From Basidiobolus meristosporus CBS 931.73 (Eukaryota > Fungi > Basidiobolomycota), in NCBI GenBank assembly GCA_002104905.1, contig MCFE01000723.1:1-42124 (forward strand): a DNA stretch of 42,124 nt, read 5' to 3'. Under the pieces are notes generated by a model. That model made no database searches. It had not been told where the DNA came from and saw only the letters and a program-made list of their open reading frames with translations. Below are positions 34,200 to 42,124 of this stretch, piece after piece. A program made the translations under genes and the position numbers. How positions within the stretch are numbered: the stretch's first letter is position 1; each line of letters opens with the position of its first letter.

Positions 34200-35240
34200 A
34201 AAATTCACATGCTTATTGACTAAAAAGTGATATAATAGCATTATATTGTTGAAGATTAAACAGTTTTCCCCATGGACAAGACTACTTTGACTCCAAGCCA
34301 TAAGAGTAGAGAAAGAAGACCATGTGGCTAATGTGGCAAGCCTCATGAAGCAAGCAGACAGTATAGGAGGTATTACAAGGATCACAGCAAGTGTTTTGCC
34401 ACACAAGTCATATTTGACCATTCATTGGTCACTACTGTACCAACATTATGTTGCTAGCCAGTTGATACTTCTATAATGGCACCTGGCTGTATTTGCCATC
34501 TTGCGCAAACTGAGTCAGGTGAGTTTGTGAAGCCATTAGGCTCACCTCCACCTTCTGAAAATGGCACACAGAGTGATAGCTCTGACAAAGAAGGTTCACT
34601 GATGGATTGTGAGCCTATCTCCCCAAACAACAGCATTACATATGAGCCCAGTCAAATCCAAATATGCAATGAGACAACACCTGTTAACTCAAGTGCCAAG
34701 GATACTTTATGGAGCCAAGTGAGCCCAGTAATCAATCCACTGGTGAATGATGTAATGTTGTGGCTAGATAAGTGGCACATTTCCACTAATATCAGTAATG
34801 GCGGCTTTGAGGATGCATTAGTACTTCCCGCCAAAATCATTTGGGAATGCAACTTACTATGTATATGGTACAAGTGGACAACTGTCATGCAGCTGGCAAC
34901 ATATGATCCAGAGACTGTCCTGATTTCAGCATGTGCTAACAATTGCATGGCATTTGCATCCAAATATGCTACCATAGCAACATGTCCAAATTGTCAGGAA
35001 TCCACCACCATTGAGGGAAAACATTGCTCACACTGCGGATACATTCCAGTAATACCCTTTCTAAGAAAGCTGATGTAGTCCAACAAATATTGCAAAGCTA
35101 TACAGTACTGCACTCAGTATCAATCAAGTACAAAGATATCCAATATCTTTGATGGCAAATATTACAAACAGCTAAGAAGCAAGGGCTACTTTGAAGGTAT
35201 GTATTACCATGCCTTTGCTTTAGCACTTGATGGATTCAAT
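34200..35240 (+). pseudogene. CACTA/En-Spm Tnp2 (Transposase_21) N-terminal half
   Basis: ISACANNCMAF...CPNCQE...YIPVIPFLRKLM*...ISNIFDGKYYKQL...YFEGMYYHAFALALDGF matches C.n.C.af..CP.C..yiP.ip.L / DIFDG..Y..L / lstDGF. Confidence 0.88.
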
Positions 35241-35879
35241 TCATTGCTGACAAGTTTTGTATGCTTTCTAGCAGTATAACAGTAAATGGCCATCATGTAA
35301 AAGCGCATATTAGACTTGTTCTGTTGGATAGTGCCACATTGAGCCATGAGTGCCAAATGATGCCATAGTGTGCCAAGGAGGCCAAGTGAGCCTATACCTC
35401 GCCACAGAGTGTGAAATACAGCGCTGCATCTTCAGGCAAAGCAGCCCCTGTGTTTCACCTATTGAGTTGGAGAAAATCCATTTTTTGACCTTTTTTGGAT
35501 CAACATTGTTCAGGATATGTGAGAGCACAGAAGGACTGAAGACATGAATCTGATGCTCAATACCCAGGGCACTCTGAATCTAGCTCCTGTGGCTTGTATC
35601 ATGTCACAAAAATGAATGGCACTATCTTGGTCCACTGGTACTATCTGGCACTATAAGTGCTTTGTATAGATCTTACTTTAGGGCTAATATTTAAATATAC
35701 TAACTGTTCTACTGTGGTTGTTGGCAGTGGGGTATGGATGGGAACCAGATGGCTTTGCTTTTTTTTGGCAGCATATATATGGAAGTGAGTCAAACCAAAG
35801 GGGAAATAGTTTTACATATACGTGTGTATGTGGTGCCAAAACTTTATTTATAATGCTTACTATGGCGGGTCATCATTGA

Positions 35880-36930
35880 ATCTTACACTCATGTAGGTGC
35901 AATGTCTCAAATACAAGACTGTGTTGAGTTCACATGAGTATTGACCAAAAAAGTGATATAATAGCGTTATGTTGTTGAAGGTCAAACTGTTTGCCCAACA
36001 ACAAGACTGCTTTGTCTCAATGCCGTAAGAGAAGAGAAATAAGACCATATGGCAAGCCCCTCAGCCATGAAGCACACAGACAGCATAGGAAGTATTACAT
36101 GGATCACGGCCAGTGTTTTGTAACCCAAGTCATATTTGACCATTCATTGGTAACTACTGTACCAACATTATCTTGCCAGCCAGTTAATACTTCAATATTG
36201 GCACCTGGCTGTCAATGTCACCCTGTGCAAACTGAGTCAGGTGAGTTTGTGATGCCTTTAGGATCACCTCAGCTATCTAAATATGGCACGCAGAGTGATA
36301 GCTCTGAGAAAGAAGGCTCACTGATGGATTTTGAGCCTATCTCCCCTAACAACAGTACCACATATGAGCCCGGTCAAATTACTATATGCAATGAGACAAC
36401 ACCTGTTGAAACAAATGCCAAGGATACTTTATGGAGCCAATTGAGCCCAGTAATCCATCTGCTGGTGAATGATGTAATGCTGTGGCTAGAGATGTGGCGT
36501 GTTTCCACTAATATCAGTAATGGGGGCTTTGAGGATTCATTACTACTTTGTGCCAAAAATTATACCACAATGCAACTTACCATGTACATGGTATAAGTGA
36601 CAGCCGTCATGCGGCTTGCAACATATGATCCAGAGACTGACCTGATTTCAGCATGTGTTAGCAGTTGCATGGCAATCACATCCAAAAATGCTACCATTGC
36701 TAGTGTCCAAATTGTCAGAAATCCACCACCATTTAGGAAAAACATTGTTCACACTTCAGATATATTCTGGTCATACCCCATCTGAGGATGCTGATGCAGT
36801 CCAACAAATATTGCAATGCTATACAGTACCACACTGAGTATCAATCAAGCGCAAACATATCCAATATATTTGATGGCAAGCATTAGAAACAGCTAAGAAG
36901 CAAGGGCTACTTTGAAGGTATGTATGACCT
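35880..36930 (+). pseudogene. Second, duplicated Tnp2 N-terminal fragment
   Basis: 35715-36930 is collinear with 33985-35200 (TESGEFV, SDSS.KEGSLMD.EPISPNN, ATYDPET.LISAC, ISNIFDGK). Confidence 0.88.
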
Positions 36931-37104
36931 TAAGATCATATATCTGGAAAAGTGGCAAAGTTAAGGCAGTAAATGAGTCCTACAGTGACTGAGACTAGTC
37001 TAGAATTGTTAAATAAATATTTAGCTGCTGAATGATACCAAATAGTCCAATATTTCAACAAAGGATCTGCTGATTCATTTACTGACTAATGCTACTGATT
37101 TGAT

Positions 37105-37744
37105 AGATAGTACTGATATACTGAGCCAAGTTCCCAGGTTTTCATTGACTCTACCAAGGTACTGATTAATGTTCACACTTAGGTTTCTCTTGACAGGCTT
37201 TTGCTGGTGCTGGGCCATGGTAATTATTACTTGTTGCTGCTGGCCAAGGATCTGGAGTAACTAATGCTTTTAGGCCCAAATTTGCTGCATACAATTCTTC
37301 CATTCTTGATTTTTGGACATCTTGAGGGAGGCTTCTTCTTTCTTCAGGAGGGAGGTTCCTGTTCACTGCTGCCATTAATGTTACATGTATGGGTATAAGA
37401 GTTTCAGAGGAACACAGAGTTTAGCTGGTCTTGTACTCTCTCAAACTTGAACTGATTTTTTACAAGGTTCCAGCAGCTCCTTATATGCATTTTGCCAGCT
37501 CAATTGCTGACTAATTGGATCTTCTAATATAGGTTGTGGCTGGTGACACATTTGATTGCATCATCACTACCCAATAAGATCTACTTGATATATCCATTCC
37601 TGTCTGATAACGATCTGCTGAATGATTTGATCACCAATGCTACTGATATGATAGAAAGACAGATATACTGATAGCCTAAACATATAACTAATTGATCTGA
37701 CTAAAAACAGATCTTACTTTACATTCAAGCAGTGGATTATAACA
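37105..37744 (-). mobile_element. Gypsy family G2 5' LTR (37379-37744) with PBS and truncated gag start
   Basis: Reverse complement of 40478-41090; TGTTA...TAACA termini; TGGCAGCAGTG PBS. Confidence 0.85.
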
Positions 37745-38099
37745 TTTAGTAATGTAGACAAGAACACAGGCTTTCCTTTGTCTTCAATGTGTTGTGTTGA
37801 TAATTGTGAGTCTTGCTTAGCTTTCTCATATGCTGTCAATGATTAAATTCACTGTTGCTCAACTGCAAATTATTTTTTGCAAGCAGTGTACTTTTTGATG
37901 TCAAATTGTAAGATACACAATTGATATTGGATGCAAAGAGTCTTTGTTGTACATTCATGATAGCTCTTTTCAAATTGCATTTCTAGCTGCCTCAACCTCA
38001 AAATATATATCTGAATCTTTAATATTAGTACTATAAATAACTTTTAGCTTTATACCTCTTAGTTTTAGCACTTTTTTTATATTTATGGCACAAGCACTT

Positions 38100-38340
38100 C
38101 CCAAATGGCATTTTAATGAAGTCCCTTCATGGGTATGAAGTTGGACTTAATGTAAGAGTGGAGTGCAGGAGCTTGCATATGTTAGTATAACTTGCAATAG
38201 AGTTACAATTGAGTATTTAACAAGAACCTACCATTTGAAGCCATGAAAATTCCAAGTACTGGTGAGTCTGGAAGTAAGAGGTGTGAGAAAGTGACAATAG
38301 CCAATCAATGTACACAAGAGTAGAAGATAACTTAGTGTCC
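38100..38340 (+). repeat. Inverted family U fragment
   Basis: Its reverse complement matches 38640-38880; translates EVGLNVRVECRSLHMLV*LAIELQ versus EVGLNVSVGYRGLYRSMQLAIEVQ. Confidence 0.75.
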
Positions 38341-38449
38341 TGGATTCAAAAGCAATAAAAATGATGGAGAAGTAAGAAGCAGCAACTCAGGGATTATTGT
38401 GATAAGAATTAATATGAAACATTGTTGTGTGATTGTGTCAAGAGGCTGT

Positions 38450-39495
38450 TACCAGTTTAGAGTCCTGTGCCTAAGAGGTATTGAACTCAATAGGACACTG
38501 TGCAAAGACCATCCAAAATAATTGCTTCCCAGATTTCACAAAAATCTTGGTCAAAGTTTTTCATCACAATGATACAGAAGTGGCTTTTGTTTGGTTCTCT
38601 GCCAATTACCTCCCTTTCAGGTCCCAGACATTCCAACACCTCCTATGCTGGTGTGCATTGCTTGGCTATTGCCTCTTCTTAAGACTCCTTACTTCCTGAC
38701 TTAACCACTTTCTTACTTTTAATGCATACAATTTGGCTTATTTCCATTGAAGCTTTGGTTGTACCTCAATTGCTAATTGCATTGACCTATACAAGCCCCT
38801 ATACCCTACACTTACATTAAGCCCAACCTCACACTCAGCAGGTAACAACATTATCCTCAGTAAGTGACTCCATTAAAATCCACTGTTCAACAAGTATTTC
38901 TGCTGTAGTGCTCTGTTTCCATGACCTTGGCAGGAGCCCTTTTTGCTTTATGCAACTGTTCTTTCACTTTTTCCCAGATATCCTGGTCTTCAGCCATCAT
39001 TGCAAGGTCTAGCATCTCATCTGCCAGTATTTGCAATAAATCCTTGCAATATTTAAGTGTGTTTTCTTGAGCACTGCCCTTGAAGAAGTATTGCAACCTC
39101 TTGATGTGCCTGCTAATGTTGCAAGTTCCACTGAAAGCAAAGCATAGAGGCCGCAGTAATCAAATTGCCTTTCTCTGCAAACCCATCTACATTACAGGAG
39201 TGTAGCTCAGCTGGTTGCACTTCCAGATCTTGTAAAAACAGCTATTTTCTTGTGGGTAATTCTTCCTGGCTATGATGGGATTCACAATCATCGAGGCTCA
39301 TGGCATTTCTTGGTACCAACTGCAGCTTCTTCTTCATGCTCCCCTGTCACTGGCTTGGGTAGATCTTTTTGCCTTTACCTTTTTTCTTAATAACTGCCAG
39401 ACCTTTTATTGCCAATTTGTCTGAGTGCTTCTTATATTACACTACATTTTCTTTTTGATAAATGCTGCTCTGAGGCTTCTCTTTTGGCCTGCCTG
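38450..39495 (-). repeat. Family U copy
   Basis: Collinear with 30520-31750 at roughly 75% identity; contains ORF 38887-39096. Confidence 0.85.
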
Positions 39496-40477
39496 CATTA
39501 CAAGTCTTGGAATAAGAGTTGTTGAGGAATAGGGAGTTTGGCTGGTAATGACTTCACTAAAACCTGAACTGATTTTTATTGAGGTTCCAGCAGCCCCTTA
39601 TGCGCATTTTGCCAGATCAATTGTTGACTAATTGTATTTCCTAATGTAGGCTGTGGCTGATGACTGATTTGTTTGCATTATCATCACCAAATAATATCCT
39701 ACTTGATATATTCATTTCTGTCTGATATGGATCTGCTGATTCATATGCTGACTAATGCTACTGATTTTATAGATACCACTAATAAGCTGATAGGGTAAGC
39801 ATATAACTAATAGATTGACCAAAAACTGATCTAACATAAGCATTCAAGCCGTAGATCATAGCATTCTGCCCTACTAAGGTTGAGAGGGTACTCCTAGGTC
39901 TCTTTTGTTGTGGTACTAATATCTTGATGTTTCAGTATTGTTGGCAAGTCTTGCAAGCTTGAGTCTGTCTCTATGAACTAAATCTTCCTAGATGTTCCCT
40001 TGTTTGACCAATAGCTGGTAAGTTACAAATGGACATTCTCTGATGATCTTAAAAGGCCACATCCACTATGGCTCAAGCTTCTTCCAAGTGTTGTTTCTCA
40101 GCAATAGAAAATTCCTAACAGGCAATGCTTCTGGCCATATAATCTTATCAGATTGCTGCTTCATCATTTCTGCTATTTGAGCTACTTTGACCTGTGCCTC
40201 TTGACATCTTTGTTCCAGCTGTTTTTGTCCACCTTGTAGACTGAGCCCATCTTCTAAGGCATCTGTAAGCTTTGGTGTGTGAGATCTCCTGGAATCCTTG
40301 GTTCACATCCATACACTAAGTAAAATGGTGATTGTTGGGTGGTGTCATGTACTTTAGCTCTGTATGCAAAAGGTACATGGACTATATACTCATCCCATCT
40401 GCTGACCACTCCATTTGCATTTTGGTCAGCACTTTTCCAAATGATCCATTAAACCTCTCAGTCATTCCATTAGCTCT
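39496..40477 (-). mobile_element. Gypsy G2 3' remnant: integrase C-terminus plus 3' LTR (39496-39863)
   Basis: NGMTERFNG, RWDEYIVHVPFAYRAKVHDTTQQSPFYLVYGCEPRIP, KLEP*W..PFKII, LVHRDRLK; the LTR is homologous to 40478-40845. Confidence 0.88.
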
Positions 40478-42124
40478 TGTTATGATCTGCTGCTTCAATG
40501 CTTGAGTTAGATCAGTTGTTTGTCAAATCAATTAGTTATATGTTTAGCTTATCAGTATATCAGTATTTTCCATCAAATTAGTAGTACTAGTCAGGAAATG
40601 AATCAGCAGATCCTTATCAGATGGAAATAGACATATTAAGTAGGACCATATTGGGTGATGATGATGCAATCAAATGAGTCTTCAGCCACAGCATACATTA
40701 GGAAATACAATTAGTTAGCAATTGATTTGGCAAATGTATATAAGGAGCTGATGGAACCTCAATAAAGATCAGTTCAAGTTGTAGTTAATACAATGCTAGC
40801 TAAACTTTCTATTCCTCTACAACACTTATACCAAGCCTTGTAACATTGGCAGCAGTGAAAACCAGAATCACTCCTTCTGAAGAAAGAAGAAGCCTCCCTC
40901 AAGATATCCAAAAATCAAGAATGGATGAATGCTATGCAACAAATCCTGGCCCAGCAGCAGCAGTTACTCCAGATCCTTAGCCATCAGCAACAAGGAATGA
41001 CTACCATGGACCAAAGCTAGCAAAACCCTGTCAAGAACAACTTAAGTGTGAAGGTCAACCAGCACCATGGTGGAGTCAATGAAAACCTGGGAACTTGACT
41101 CTTCCAGATTGAAGAAGCTTTCAAGGCTAAGGGAATTGCTCCGGAACGCAAGTTACATTATGCAGCCTCTTACCTGGCAGACGCATCTTTACAGTGGTAC
41201 AACAACAAGATCAGGTCAGCCACCATGATAGGCTGCTCTACAATCTCTACCTGGGATGAGTTTGTGTCAGAAATTTAGGATGCCTTTGAGCCCCCTCACC
41301 AACAGATACCACTAAGAAAAAAGTTTAAGACACTCAGACAGAAAGGAATGGTCCAAGAGTACATCTATGAATATAGATGTCTACCTAGGCAAATTGAAAG
41401 AATTGACCCTCTGGATCAGGTTGAATACTTTATTGATGGGTTGAAAGAAAGAACCTGTAAGGAAGGGAATTTTCAAAGACTTCAGACTATTGAAGAAGCC
41501 ATCAAGATTGCCATTGATTATGAATCAGCTTTGTTTGGAGTTGGAAAGCCAACAATGACTCATCAGAGAGGCTACAATCAATATGAAAGAGGATAATCAG
41601 AAGCAGGGCCAATGGAAATAAACTCTATGCAGAAGAATCCTACCTCAGAAGAATGTAAGAAGAAAGGACTTTGCTTCAATTGCCACCAACTGGGACATAT
41701 TGCAAAGTACTGCCCTCAGAGAAGAAATAGACACCAGCCATCAAGAACCTTTAACCTTATTGATGCACTTGAGCATAGTAGCATGGAGGATGAACTTGAA
41801 GGAGACTCAGAACTCACCTTCCATATGACCAAAGAATACCTATCCCAGATGACCTCAAACTCAGGAAAGCTATTATACTTGAATGAAGTAATCAATGGAG
41901 TACCTGCCAAGATCATGACTGACTCAGGAGCATTGCATGAGTACACGTCAGAACAATTTGCTTTGAATGCTGAAATCAACTTGGAACCCACCAACTCAAC
42001 TTCAGTCTCAACAGCTGATGGGAACTCTCACATAATCAACCGTATTAATCAGCTAGTAAGGATGAAGTTCAATGACTATGAAGAAGATCTACAGGCCTAT
42101 ATATTAGGGAAATGCAAGTATTAC
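40478..42124 (+). mobile_element. Gypsy G2 element 5' end (LTR 40478-40845, PBS 40847-40857, gag-protease pseudogene from ~40925), runs off the window
   Basis: LTR TGTTA...TAACA. PBS TGGCAGCAGTG resembles the tRNA-Leu complement TGGCAGCGGTG with one CpG>CpA. Retrotrans_gag TWDEFV..I, GPMEIN, CFNCHQLGHIAKYC, protease IMTDSGA. Confidence 0.93.

Noticed and set aside
35250-35700. Possible KDZ (Kyakuja-Dileera-Zisupton) transposase motif C...FH....G.G...W
   Set aside because: Spacing does not fit the C..FH.....G.G..DGE..ER.WS consensus and the DGE/ER residues are absent; left unassigned.

Overview
Eukaryotic, fungal-like DNA (65-70 nt GT-AG introns, small genes). Two blocks of nested, decaying transposable elements that have lost almost all CpG (about 1-6.1 kb and 17.2-42.1 kb) flank a ~10 kb CpG-rich island. 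The island holds two clearly intact genes, both on the minus strand. One is a 3-exon Gfo/Idh/MocA (StrI/YteT-like) oxidoreductase homolog whose canonical catalytic motifs are all substituted (candidate pseudoenzyme). The other is a 569-aa acidic disordered protein ending in a chromodomain-like fold with a degenerate aromatic cage. The TE blocks contain a full-length Ty1/copia element (LTRs 17221-17569 and 21556-21903, AGAAC TSD, half-tRNA-iMet PBS) plus older copies and solo LTRs. They also hold an RT-deleted Ty3/gypsy element (22791-29451, tRNA-His-type PBS) carrying an unexplained ~390-codon extra reading frame after integrase, a second gypsy family (37.1-42.1 kb), CACTA/En-Spm Tnp2 transposase relics with linked accessory ORFs, and a multi-copy degenerate ORF of unknown family. 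No rRNA, tRNA gene or CRISPR array was recognised. All alignments and identities were estimated by eye; no database search was run.
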